A stretch of 62,395 nt of DNA. It comes from a virus. Taxonomy: Duplodnaviria > Caudoviricetes. Below, piece after piece: positions 37,201 through 45,095 of this stretch. Below the pieces are notes generated by a model. That model did not search any database, was not told the origin of the DNA, and saw only the letters and a list, made by a program, of their open reading frames with translations. The translations under genes were made by a program, and so were the position numbers. The DNA is taken from IMG/VR virus record IMGVR_UViG_3300036829_000406, positions 1 to 62,395 of that record. One strand, written 5' to 3'. Within the stretch, counting starts at the first letter, position 1; every line of letters begins with the position of its first letter.

Positions 37201-38272
37201 CGGATACCGCGATGCCGCCGATCACCACGATGAACGAGCCGGTCATCGTGACGGTGAACGTGGCGCCTTCGCTGCCGTCGCTGACCCGCCACAGGAGCTG
37301 CTGGGCGATATTCGACCCGTTCGCCACTGTGGCGGCGGTGAACCCGGTGCAGGCGAACGTGTCGGTGGCGTTGACCGAGCCGGACCACAGCAGGATCAGC
37401 AGCCCCGCGGGGGTGCCTGACCCGTTCCAGCCGGGATTGTTTACCGCCTGGCTGGACACGTTGGCGGCGCCGGAGCCGGCGCTGCTGGTCCCGGTGACCG
37501 CCAGGGCAGATACCGGGGCTGCGGCCAGCGACCCGGCCCCGGTCAGGGTGGCGCCGGGCGGCCCGCCGCCGGCTGCGATGGCCGATCCGGTGCCGGTCAG
37601 GGTGGCGCCGCCGGAGACGGCGCTCCCGGCCGCCTTGTAGCTGGCGATCGAGCAGTCGGCGTTGGTGGAACTGGCCGGCGTCCAGGTGACCGAGTACAGC
37701 GACGCCGACCCCACGCCGATCTGGTATGCGCCGTCCACGCCGTTGACGGAGAACGCGTGGTCGTGCCAGGTGCCGCCGGAATCGGGGTCGGATGTGGCCA
37801 GGGTGAAGGTGCCGGCGTTGGCCGAGCAGGCCACCGCCGAGACCACCAGGTCCCCGGCCGAGCTGGTCGCTGTGGTCGCGGCGGTGATCGCACCGGAAGA
37901 CGCGTTGTGTGTGCTGGCGGACTGGTCAAGTACGGGGGCGCCGGAGACTATCTGGAGCCCGGAGTATTCCGCGACCCCGATCTCGCGGTTCGAGGATGCC
38001 GACATGGTGACACTGATGGTGTCGCCGGACAGCAGCGCCGTGGCCAGGTATGCGGAGCAGATATGAGCGGCGGAGTTGGACGATCCGCTGATGACATCCA
38101 GGTTCCAGGTGTTGCCCCGGCTGTCGCTGATCGCGGTGGGGTGCACGCCGCCCGCGCACCGGATGTACATGACCAGGACGTTGCCCTGGGTGGTGTTCAC
38201 GCCCAGGGTGACGGTCGGGTTGCCGGTCGCCGACGGCACGGTGCCGGCGATCTGGACGAAGGCGACCGCCAC
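34280..38272 (-). CDS. large structural-region protein with internal PhoD-like metallophosphoesterase and G/A/T-rich repeats
   Basis: 'VSC', 'FTGDFDY', 'SDHE', 'MIDIR', 'TMLGATQLAWL', 'KWWSY..ERQ', 'HGDSH' at about 35580-36830; 'LTGAGSL'-type repeats. Confidence 0.8.
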   Translation of the reverse strand: MAVAFVQIAGTVPSATGNPTVTLGVNTTQGNVLVMYIRCAGGVHPTAISDSRGNTWNLDVISGSSNSAAHICSAYLATALLSGDTISVTMSASSNREIGVAEYSGLQIVSGAPVLDQSASTHNASSGAITAATTATSSAGDLVVSAVACSANAGTFTLATSDPDSGGTWHDHAFSVNGVDGAYQIGVGSASLYSVTWTPASSTNADCSIASYKAAGSAVSGGATLTGTGSAIAAGGGPPGATLTGAGSLAAAPVSALAVTGTSSAGSGAANVSSQAVNNPGWNGSGTPAGLLILLWSGSVNATDTFACTGFTAATVANGSNIAQQLLWRVSDGSEGATFTVTMTGSFIVVIGGIAVSGADTSSPFDPSLSGSGTCLGSVGTTLTAPGITTGQNGDLLIWLATGRLGAGAAVPAITPPSGFTTALAQADSGGGAGHANVDVYAATMTQTTAGATGALSGTLAASADGGALLISVAAPGGPVPGTVSQLVAGAPAAAGFQVYAKTSGATSCRLAYSTSPSMTSPSYITAQTPDASGYLRYTLTGLSAFTRYYVQVADTPSGGMESLIGPIGACKTLATAGTPANYTVALVSCIAQGDTVTPPATAAAISDWISYGADLNVFTGDFDYSGTTSTVLATQVGVYETQIGFIPSLSSMVATAWGYYCRSDHEAGPDNGDSDNTYTATNIAAAQSVFPMGVLGDTVNSPPHGLYQAWVSGRVRFIMIDIRNTDRSPGGNTDNGTKTMLGATQLAWLENQLIQPEPLKVIISDVAWMGTATITNGPDKWWSYDTERQAIISYIAANRHLVKNVVLWHGDSHLVGCTVGANNSWGGFPVYCAAPLLNVGGGLMQTTFDQHYSNSGGECRQYGRLAFTDNGSSITVAFQGWDAVAGIAQVSQTDVFPTPSADLAGAGSLAAGGGIAGAAGLTGAGSVSAPPAVQRAGTALDAAGSVAAPSAQRAGTALTGAGSIPAGPAQQTAVMLAAAGSLGTAPGLQPAAVTLTAAGTLAAGAVQQAGAAPRGAGSVNAPASAVQAGKTLGGAASLAAGAALAAGAITVAGRASLSAGPAGQAGATLAGAGSLSSTEVQGGGAALDGTGNLTVPVTLRAGAPLTATGTLTGGAAQGAAVTLTGTGSVATGVTQQAGAVLGAAASITGGTVQGSSLPGAAHLTAGAGVTAPATMAGTGSVTAGAAGQAATTLAAAGQLTTTPGQRATTSLTAAGAITGSGGGVTPASAPLTAAGSLPATAAAVTSGTTTLTASAALTTAARTSAAAALTALGTLTAPTAARAPAVLAGTGTLTAAAGQLLAFTVGTLTGSTAAQATLTAADQRTGGPD

Positions 38273-38321
38273 TGCTCACCTCCCGGGAGTCACGGGACCT
38301 CGCCCGGAGGTCAGGGCGGCG

Positions 38322-38762
38322 TCAGTACCCGCCTGCCGCGATGGCGCCGATCGCGACCTGGAACGTGTTGCCGTTCGCCACCGCGACCGGCTGGCCGTTC
38401 CAGTTGCCGTACCACACCCGGGCCGCCGCGCTGTCGGGGATTTCCAGTGAGACGATCGACCAGGCACCCCCGGACCCGTTGGTCCAGGTGATCGCGGTGA
38501 ACGGGATGAGGACGTCCGCGCCGCCGGTCGACGTGGTGGGGGTGCCGGAGAACGCGGTGCCGCCGGAGGTGTACCCGGTGCCGGTCAGCTCAGTGCCCGA
38601 CGCGGACCCGGTCGACGCGGTGGAGGTCAGCTTCAGCTTCATCGCCCCGGTGCCCAGCGCGGTCAGCTGCGTGCCGGGGACACCGGCGGCGCCGACGGGC
38701 AGGTTGGCGTTCAGCATCAGCGAGGACCGCGTCTGGTCGATCGCCGTCTGGTGGTTAGTCAT
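38322..38762 (-). CDS. putative virion structural protein
   Basis: 'ELTGTGYTSGG...ITW...W.G......VANG.TF' phage structural pattern. Confidence 0.6.
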   Translation of the reverse strand: MTNHQTAIDQTRSSLMLNANLPVGAAGVPGTQLTALGTGAMKLKLTSTASTGSASGTELTGTGYTSGGTAFSGTPTTSTGGADVLIPFTAITWTNGSGGAWSIVSLEIPDSAAARVWYGNWNGQPVAVANGNTFQVAIGAIAAGGY

Positions 38763-38766
38763 GACC

Positions 38767-39195
38767 TCACCTGGCTGTGGTGATCGTGGTGCCCGGCAGC
38801 ACCGTGATGATCAGCGGGCGGCAGACCGTGCAGCCGTCCACGTCCTTGTGGCAGTGGCCGCCGGGGCACGGCGGCGGGGTGGTGCCCTCGTACAGGGGGT
38901 GGCTGCCGTCGCTCAGCGGGTGGGACGCGTCGGCGATCGCGCCTTTCCACACCCGGCAGACGTCCGGCTCGGGACACGCCGCACCGTCATGGGCGGCCGG
39001 GCAGGCGTTCGCTGCCGCGCCGTGATCATGATCTTCGGTGCAGCACCCTGACCCCGGCGCGCAGCGGACAGCCGCGTCGATGTTCTCGTGAGTGCAGCCG
39101 GGCTGATGCGCCCCGGCGGCGGCAACATAACCCGGCGGGCAGGTGCACTCCAGGAACACCTGCGTCATGCAGCCGGGGCACTGGACTTGGAGCAT
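38767..39195 (-). CDS. Cys/His-rich hypothetical protein
   Basis: about 16 Cys in 142 aa; GAGG RBS. Confidence 0.6.
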   Translation of the reverse strand: MLQVQCPGCMTQVFLECTCPPGYVAAAGAHQPGCTHENIDAAVRCAPGSGCCTEDHDHGAAANACPAAHDGAACPEPDVCRVWKGAIADASHPLSDGSHPLYEGTTPPPCPGGHCHKDVDGCTVCRPLIITVLPGTTITTAR

Positions 39196-39253
39196 GCCTC
39201 ACCTCAGATCAGCATCGTTTGTTTTCATGCCGCGCCGCGCCCGGCAGGTGCAT

Positions 39254-39457
39254 CTACTTCGCGTCGCCCGTATCTGCGGCCGCATCCGGGTCCGGGGTAC
39301 CGCCGGGGTCGTGGACGGGGCCGTTGACCTGATCGCCGGCGAACTGCGACCTGTCCGTCCCGAACCTGCCCTGCCCCAGCAGCTTCCGCAGCCGCTCGGC
39401 CAGGTCCTGATGGGTGCCCTCGGGGGCGTCACCCTCAGCGTGCACATGCCACCTCAT
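39254..39457 (-). CDS. hypothetical protein
   Basis: ATGA overlap with the methyltransferase stop. Confidence 0.5.
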   Translation of the reverse strand: MRWHVHAEGDAPEGTHQDLAERLRKLLGQGRFGTDRSQFAGDQVNGPVHDPGGTPDPDAAADTGDAK

Positions 39458-39981
39458 CGCGCCTTCTTCCGTACGACCGCCAGCCCGTAGCGGTAGGTGA
39501 TGTCCTCAACACTGCTGTCCTTCGTGAGCAGCGTCAGCAGCCCCTGAGCCGCCGTCAGCATCGACGAGCCGTACTCCGGCCAGATCCCGGGCAGCCCGAC
39601 CATCCAGTCCTCGACGACGTAAAACCCGCCGGGGCTGACGAGCGGCCACAGCAGGTCAAATGTCGCCCGGGTCGCCGCCCCGTCGTGGGAGGCGTCGTCC
39701 ACAACCAGGTCCCACTGCTCCGCGTGCAGGGTCAGGAGCGCCGGAAGGGCCTGGTCATCCTGGGCGGCCACGATCCGGCCGGTGCCTTCCGGCCAGCGGG
39801 ACGACGGGTCCGCGTCCACCCCGGTGAGCTGCCCGGCGGGGAACAGCGCCTGGAACAAGTCCAGGCCATCACCGCGGTACACGCCGACCTCACACACCCG
39901 CGCGGCCGGGCCGAGCTCAGCCGCGATCCGCAGGTACACCGGGAGGTACCCGTGGGTGACCTTATCGGTCGCGAACCTCAC
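39454..39981 (-). CDS. SAM-dependent (sugar) O-methyltransferase-like protein
   Basis: 'TDK..HGY...Y...EVGV..G...GVD...VDDASH...PGGFYVVED' resembles MycE/ElmM-type sugar O-methyltransferases. Confidence 0.8.
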   Translation of the reverse strand: MRFATDKVTHGYLPVYLRIAAELGPAARVCEVGVYRGDGLDLFQALFPAGQLTGVDADPSSRWPEGTGRIVAAQDDQALPALLTLHAEQWDLVVDDASHDGAATRATFDLLWPLVSPGGFYVVEDWMVGLPGIWPEYGSSMLTAAQGLLTLLTKDSSVEDITYRYGLAVVRKKAR

Positions 39982-39987
39982 CCGGGA

Positions 39988-40245
39988 TCAGGACCGGCCG
40001 CGCTCATTGGCCCGCGCCTGCTTCTGCGCGGCCTTCTCTTCCTCCCGGGCGTCGTCGACAGCCGCCTGCGCTGCCAGGTCAGCCTCCGCACGCCGCTTCG
40101 CCTGCTTGGCCTGCTCCGCCTCCAGCTCCTCCCGCGTCTGGGTGGCGTGCTCGGCGGCCTGCGCCGACTGCTGAGCCTGCCCGGCGGCAGCGTCCTTCTC
40201 CGCCTGCGTGACAGCTTCCCTGCGTACCTTGCCCGCGTCGCTCAC
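39988..40245 (-). CDS. Ala/Glu/Gln-rich hypothetical protein
   Basis: AGGAG RBS, helical low complexity. Confidence 0.6.
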   Translation of the reverse strand: MSDAGKVRREAVTQAEKDAAAGQAQQSAQAAEHATQTREELEAEQAKQAKRRAEADLAAQAAVDDAREEEKAAQKQARANERGRS

Positions 40246-40253
40246 AGCGTCTC

Positions 40254-40922
40254 CTAGATCAGCATCGTTGTTTTCATGTGCCCGACGTGGACACCCGTTG
40301 CTACGTGGACCGGGATCCCGGCGGCGGCGCAGCGCAGGCAGAACGTCATGTCCTCACCCACCAGCGCCGACCCGATCACGCTCTCCCGGAACCACGGCGC
40401 CGCCCGGTCCCCGGACGCCTCCGCCACACGCCCGAGCGCGTCCCGGTGCATCAGCAGGAACGCCGCCCCGGTCGCGCCGACAGGCACGCACGCGTCCTCC
40501 GCCCAGGTCCTGTACCGGGCGAACCCCACCTGGCCGCCGCCGGGCTCCTGGACGAGCTCGTACATCGTCGGCTGCTTCTCCCCTGTCGTCCCGTCCTGGG
40601 AGTAGCACAGGGCGCCCAGGACGGGACGCGCCACCGGGTCGGCCGCCTCCGTCAGGCGGTCCACCTCGGCGGGACCGAACACCATGTCCGTGTCGGCCAT
40701 CAGCAGCCACGGCGCCCGGCACTCCTCCAGGAACCGGCGGACCAGCAGGTTCCTGGCCTCGGAAATGTTCGGGCCGGACGGCGCGGCCAGGAACACATCC
40801 ACCCGGGCACCGCCGGGCTTGCGGGCCACGGCCAGCAGCGATGCGAGGAACTCCGCGCGCACCTGGCCGCCGTGCACGTAGCCGACCGCGACATGCTGCG
40901 GCGGGGTGCGGCCGTGCGGCAT
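40254..40922 (-). CDS. glycosyltransferase family 2-like
   Basis: 'ARN.LV..FL...WLLMADTDM' (DxD), 'TGAAFLL.HR', 'GEDMTFC', 'GH.K'. Confidence 0.85.
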   Translation of the reverse strand: MPHGRTPPQHVAVGYVHGGQVRAEFLASLLAVARKPGGARVDVFLAAPSGPNISEARNLLVRRFLEECRAPWLLMADTDMVFGPAEVDRLTEAADPVARPVLGALCYSQDGTTGEKQPTMYELVQEPGGGQVGFARYRTWAEDACVPVGATGAAFLLMHRDALGRVAEASGDRAAPWFRESVIGSALVGEDMTFCLRCAAAGIPVHVATGVHVGHMKTTMLI

Positions 40923-40925
40923 CGC

Positions 40926-41339
40926 CTAGCTGGTGCCGTATGTCGGCAGGCCGTCCTGCGTCGTGCCGGGATAGTCGCCCATCCCCTGGATGGGGGTCTC
41001 CATGTCCGGGCCCGGGCCGATGTCAGCGTTCCCGTAGTCAGCGAACCCGGCGGTCACGTTCACTGCCCCAGCGCCAGCCGGGGACATCAGCAGCGCCTCC
41101 GCCTCGGCCTGCCGTGGCCCGCGCGGGTACAGCACGCCCGACCCCGTCAGCGCATTAGCCGCGTCAAACGCACCGCTGATCCCCGTGACGTCCTGCGGCG
41201 CGGCGATGTCGTACGGCGCCGTGCCCGGACCGGCCGGGGTCACGCCCGAGTACCCGGCGGCATCCCCCGGACTGTCCGCAGGCGTTGCCGGATCGGGCGC
41301 GCCGGCCGGGTCCAGGGACTGGAAAAACTCAGACATCAC
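40926..41339 (-). CDS. acidic Pro/Gly-rich hypothetical protein
   Basis: AAGGAG RBS. Confidence 0.6.
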   Translation of the reverse strand: MMSEFFQSLDPAGAPDPATPADSPGDAAGYSGVTPAGPGTAPYDIAAPQDVTGISGAFDAANALTGSGVLYPRGPRQAEAEALLMSPAGAGAVNVTAGFADYGNADIGPGPDMETPIQGMGDYPGTTQDGLPTYGTS

Positions 41340-41544
41340 TGCGCTCCTTCGCGTGCTTACGGCAGTAGCCGTTCATGTGGTGCCGCGCGGGACGACGGCA
41401 GCGGGGCTCATGGCAGTTCAGGTGATGCCACAGCACCGCGACGATGCTGCCCTTCAGGATGAACGAGCCGGAGCCGGAGTAGAAGAGGTAGACCAGCCCG
41501 GAGGCGCTGTCCAGGCCGAGCCAGTGAAGCAGCAAGTGCGCCAC
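41329..41544 (-). CDS. small membrane protein
   Basis: hydrophobic N-half, C-terminal CH...C...C..H. Confidence 0.55.
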   Translation of the reverse strand: MAHLLLHWLGLDSASGLVYLFYSGSGSFILKGSIVAVLWHHLNCHEPRCRRPARHHMNGYCRKHAKERSDV

Positions 41545-41556
41545 CCGCCCGGCTCG

Positions 41557-42057
41557 TTACGCAGGGTTGGTCTCGGGGAAGAACGGCCCCTCGAACGGCG
41601 GGTTATCCGCCGCGTTCGTGCCCACCGCGGGATTCATCGGCGAGTGCGGCAGATCCATCAGGTCCCCGATGGTGGATCCCGCGCCGACGTCGCCCTGGAA
41701 CTCCTGCCAGCGGCCGGCCGCGTTCGCCACCGCGCCGGCCACCGTAGCGGACACATCATCGCGGCCGCCCGCGTCGTCATCGCCCATCGCGTTGATAGGC
41801 GACAGCGGGCCCGGGTAGTACGGCGCGTCCGAGGGGCCCGCGTTCACGTCATGAGCGGATGGCGACTCCGTCGTGCCCAGGCCCGTGACCCCGGACATCA
41901 CGTCTGCGGCCGGGTCGGACAGCGGGCCGATGTCCGCCGCGTAGCCGGGCGGTTCAGGGGACATGCCCGCGCCCCCGTACGGCACAGGAGCCGGCCCCGG
42001 GTTCGGTGCAGCGGGCATCTGCGGCGCATCCGCCGGCGACCCATGGATCTCAGTCAT
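41557..42057 (-). CDS. acidic Pro/Gly-rich hypothetical protein
   Basis: TGATG overlap. Confidence 0.6.
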   Translation of the reverse strand: MTEIHGSPADAPQMPAAPNPGPAPVPYGGAGMSPEPPGYAADIGPLSDPAADVMSGVTGLGTTESPSAHDVNAGPSDAPYYPGPLSPINAMGDDDAGGRDDVSATVAGAVANAAGRWQEFQGDVGAGSTIGDLMDLPHSPMNPAVGTNAADNPPFEGPFFPETNPA

Positions 42058-42308
42058 CAGGACCGGCCGCCGGCAGCTGCCCTCGCCGGCGCCTTCGCGG
42101 GCATGGCCTTCGCAGGTGCGTTTTTGGGCTCCTCGTCCTCGCCGCCCAGATCCAGCGGCCGGAACAGCGTCCCGGACCCCTCCCGGTCCCGCTTGACCAG
42201 CTCATGGCCAAACGGCAGCACCTGCCCCTTGGTCACCAGCTGATCACTGCCGTCCTTCATCGTCGCCACGAACGTGTCCGTCGCCTGCATCGGCGGCTGC
42301 TGCGCCAT
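42057..42308 (-). CDS. small post-capsid protein
   Basis: AGGAGG RBS; 'GQVLP.GH.LV....LF.P' pattern typical after the capsid. Confidence 0.65.
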   Translation of the reverse strand: MAQQPPMQATDTFVATMKDGSDQLVTKGQVLPFGHELVKRDREGSGTLFRPLDLGGEDEEPKNAPAKAMPAKAPARAAAGGRS

Positions 42309-42316
42309 TACGCCTC

Positions 42317-42856
42317 CTAGAATTCCGGGCCCGCCGGGTGAACCGCCAGGTACTGCGCCATCGCCGGGCTCACATGTCCCTGGCCGGCCACCGGCGCCAC
42401 CGTGCTGAACGCATTCGGGTTGGCCACCACCGCCGGGTGGGTGCTGTCCCGCATCGCGCCCGCCTGCGTCAGCTGCGAGCTGACCTCCGCCGTGGACACC
42501 GCGGGCGGCACGGCCGCCACCCCGGCGGTCCCCGTATCCGTGTAGGTCACCACCGCGCCGAGCGTCGCGACCAGCACATTTTCTGTGTTCGTCACGGTGC
42601 CGCGGTACACCTTCACCCCGGTTGTGCCCGACGGCAGCGCCGCCCACGTCAGCGTCGCCGTCCCGTTCGCGGCGACAGCGGTCGTCGCCTCATTCGAGGC
42701 GGTCGTCTCACCGCGGCCGTTGACGCCGGTGATCTTCCAGAAGTACGTGGCCGCCGCGAACGTCCCGCCGCCCACGTTCGGCGACGCGGCCAGCGTCGAC
42801 GGGGGCGCCAGGATCGTCGCGAGGACGAAGCTGTCCGTGCAGTAGCGTGCGGCCAT
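42317..42856 (-). CDS. putative capsid decoration/Fn3-like protein
   Basis: 'YFWKITGVN..GET..S.E...LTW....G..VYRG...YTDTG'. Confidence 0.6.
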   Translation of the reverse strand: MAARYCTDSFVLATILAPPSTLAASPNVGGGTFAAATYFWKITGVNGRGETTASNEATTAVAANGTATLTWAALPSGTTGVKVYRGTVTNTENVLVATLGAVVTYTDTGTAGVAAVPPAVSTAEVSSQLTQAGAMRDSTHPAVVANPNAFSTVAPVAGQGHVSPAMAQYLAVHPAGPEF

Positions 42857-42858
42857 CG

Positions 42859-43539
42859 TCAGCCTGCTTTCCCCGGCGGCAGTTCCAGCCGCCGGTGCTT
42901 TGCCACGTACCTGGCCGCGGCCCTGATGATCTCCGGGTCGTCCAGGAGAAACCCGATGCCCATATTGCAGCGATGGCACAGCAGCCCGCGGACCTGGCCC
43001 GTCACATGATCGTGATCAATGTGCCAGCGTTCCCCGCGACCGCCGGGCCTGTCTGTCTTGCACACTGCGCACTGGTTGCCCTGATGCTTGATGAGCGCAT
43101 CCCAGCCGGCTTGCGTCAGCCCGTACAGCCGCAGCGTGCGGGCGCGCTCGCGGACCTGAGCGTCCGGGCGCGGGTCCTTCCGGCAGCCTGGGCAGACGGG
43201 CTTCCCGACCAGGGTACTGACCTCCGCGCCGCACGCGCAGCGACGAGGGCCCAGCGCGGAGTTCCGCTCGATCTTCCGCTGCTCAGATGCCGCCATCGTG
43301 CACCGGCGCGAGCAGTAGACCTGCGGGTTACCGGCGGTGCGCGACCGGGTGAACTTAGCGCCGCACTGCGGGCAGATCATCACCTCGGGTCCATGCACCC
43401 GCGGGACGTACCTGGATCTCATGTATTCGAGATGGCATTCCTTGCAGTCCGACCGGACGCCGCCAGCGCCCGCGATCATCCTGTGAAACTCAGTCAGCGG
43501 CTTCGTCTTATGGCAATGCGAGCATGTCTTTTCGTCCAT
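42859..43539 (-). CDS. endonuclease VII-family (His-Me) free-standing homing endonuclease
   Basis: N-terminal Zn fingers (CSHC..KPLTEFH..CKEC; CPQC..YCS..C); C-terminal 'YGLT...Q...CAVC...IDHDH.TG.VRGLLC..CN..IG'. Confidence 0.9.
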   Translation of the reverse strand: MDEKTCSHCHKTKPLTEFHRMIAGAGGVRSDCKECHLEYMRSRYVPRVHGPEVMICPQCGAKFTRSRTAGNPQVYCSRRCTMAASEQRKIERNSALGPRRCACGAEVSTLVGKPVCPGCRKDPRPDAQVRERARTLRLYGLTQAGWDALIKHQGNQCAVCKTDRPGGRGERWHIDHDHVTGQVRGLLCHRCNMGIGFLLDDPEIIRAAARYVAKHRRLELPPGKAG

Positions 43540-43556
43540 ACAGACATACTAGTTCG

Positions 43557-43631
43557 GCTGGTTTCCCCAGGCTGACGACCGGCGGATGCACGATTATCAA
43601 CTCGGGGAAACCAGCGCCAGAACATGAACCA
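43557..43631 (-). other. 18-nt copy of capsid sequence fused to a long hairpin (candidate ncRNA/operator)
   Basis: 43614-43631 identical to 43693-43710; 12-bp inverted repeat 43557-43568/43604-43615 with further internal pairing. Confidence 0.7.
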
Positions 43632-43638
43632 GGGAAGG

Positions 43639-45072
43639 TCAGAGGCCCTTCATCACGCGGAATGCTCCCGGCACAGCGACCTGGCTGGATGTGCGCCAGA
43701 ACATGAACCATCCGGCCTCGCCCTGGGGCCGGCCGGTGGTGGGGTCCTTGATCAGAGGCTCATAAATAAGGCTGACCCCCACGCGGTCGACCACGATGAA
43801 CTGCCCGAAGTCGCCCATGACGGCTTCGAGACTGCCGACAGAGGTAGCACCAGACATGGTGGTCGACTCGTAGATCGGGGCGCCGAGCAGGGTTTCCGGC
43901 TGGCCCTTGCCGAGGTTCGTCCAGAACGACGCGCCACCCGCGGTGTCGAGCTGCCGGAACTTGTTGATGATCGCCACGTTCGCGACCCACGCGCAGCCCG
44001 GCGCGTTCCGGAACCTGGGCGGCAGAGCACCCTGGACGGCGTAGATGTCGCCGACCGCGATGACCAGCGTGGTCGCGGTGGTGACGACGGTGGTGGCACC
44101 GGTAATGACACCCTGCGGGACACCCCCGGAACCCGCGCCGGTCGCGAACGCGGCCTCTTCCAGCCGGTCCTTGGCGTCCGCGAGGAGCCGCGGGAGCTGC
44201 TGCCCGAAGTCGGTGTCCTCCAGCACCTCATAGGTGCCGAACACCCACGCGGCGGCCTTCTGCGGGGTGATCTGGACGTTCCCGACGGTCGGCGTGTTGT
44301 CGGTGGCGACGCCGCCCTCAGCAAGCCACGCCGCGTTGACACCGGCCGACGTCACACCGTTCCACGTGTTGCTCGTGGTCTGCTTGACGTTGCTGATGCG
44401 CCGCCACGGGTTCGCGCTCCCCGTGTTCGTTAGTATGATCGTTGGGTCTAGTACGAACGGAAGGAGGTACCCTCCGTTGGCCAGGGTGAGCGACAGCGCG
44501 GCACGCTGGGCCATGCCCTGCGGGTCCTCGATATACGCGCGGAACGTCTCCTGGTACTCCTCGGAGCCGGTGGCCAGGATGTGCTCGGCGATACCGCGGC
44601 CGTAGGTGCCGGGGTTCTCCTGAACGATCCGCGTGGCGTTCTCCGCGAAGTCCTGGGCGAGGTTCCCCCGCTTGGCCTCCAGCTCGATCGCGTCGAACGC
44701 GCGGCCGCGGAGCTCGGAGGTGCGGACCAGGTGGGACCGCACCGCGCCGAGGTCCTCGTACGGGTTGCGGAACTTGCCGCGGGAGCCGAGGTCCGGGGCG
44801 CCGTCATGCCACACCCCGGAGGGGGCGGTGCCGCCGTCGCCGTCGGGGCGCTCGAGGTTCGCCGGGTCGTCAGCGGTGCGGGTGATGGCCTGGATCTGCT
44901 CCATCCGCTCGATGATCGGCTTGCACTCCTCATCGAGCTGCTTCCACCGGTCGACAAGAGTGTCGCGGTAGTCGCCGTCGTTCTCCTCCGTAGTCTCCTC
45001 GGAGGTCTCCATCCGCCGGAGCTCGCCCTTAATGCGGGCCATCTCGTCCAGCTTGTCTTTCAGCGTCGCCAT
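43639..45072 (-). CDS. major capsid protein (HK97 fold)
   Basis: N-terminal coiled delta domain; 'GGYLLP', 'AWLAEG', 'G.G...PQGV', 'LLG.P', 'GDF..F..VDR'. Confidence 0.95.
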   Translation of the reverse strand: MATLKDKLDEMARIKGELRRMETSEETTEENDGDYRDTLVDRWKQLDEECKPIIERMEQIQAITRTADDPANLERPDGDGGTAPSGVWHDGAPDLGSRGKFRNPYEDLGAVRSHLVRTSELRGRAFDAIELEAKRGNLAQDFAENATRIVQENPGTYGRGIAEHILATGSEEYQETFRAYIEDPQGMAQRAALSLTLANGGYLLPFVLDPTIILTNTGSANPWRRISNVKQTTSNTWNGVTSAGVNAAWLAEGGVATDNTPTVGNVQITPQKAAAWVFGTYEVLEDTDFGQQLPRLLADAKDRLEEAAFATGAGSGGVPQGVITGATTVVTTATTLVIAVGDIYAVQGALPPRFRNAPGCAWVANVAIINKFRQLDTAGGASFWTNLGKGQPETLLGAPIYESTTMSGATSVGSLEAVMGDFGQFIVVDRVGVSLIYEPLIKDPTTGRPQGEAGWFMFWRTSSQVAVPGAFRVMKGL

Positions 45073-45095
45073 GACGCGGTACTCCTGTCGGCTGG

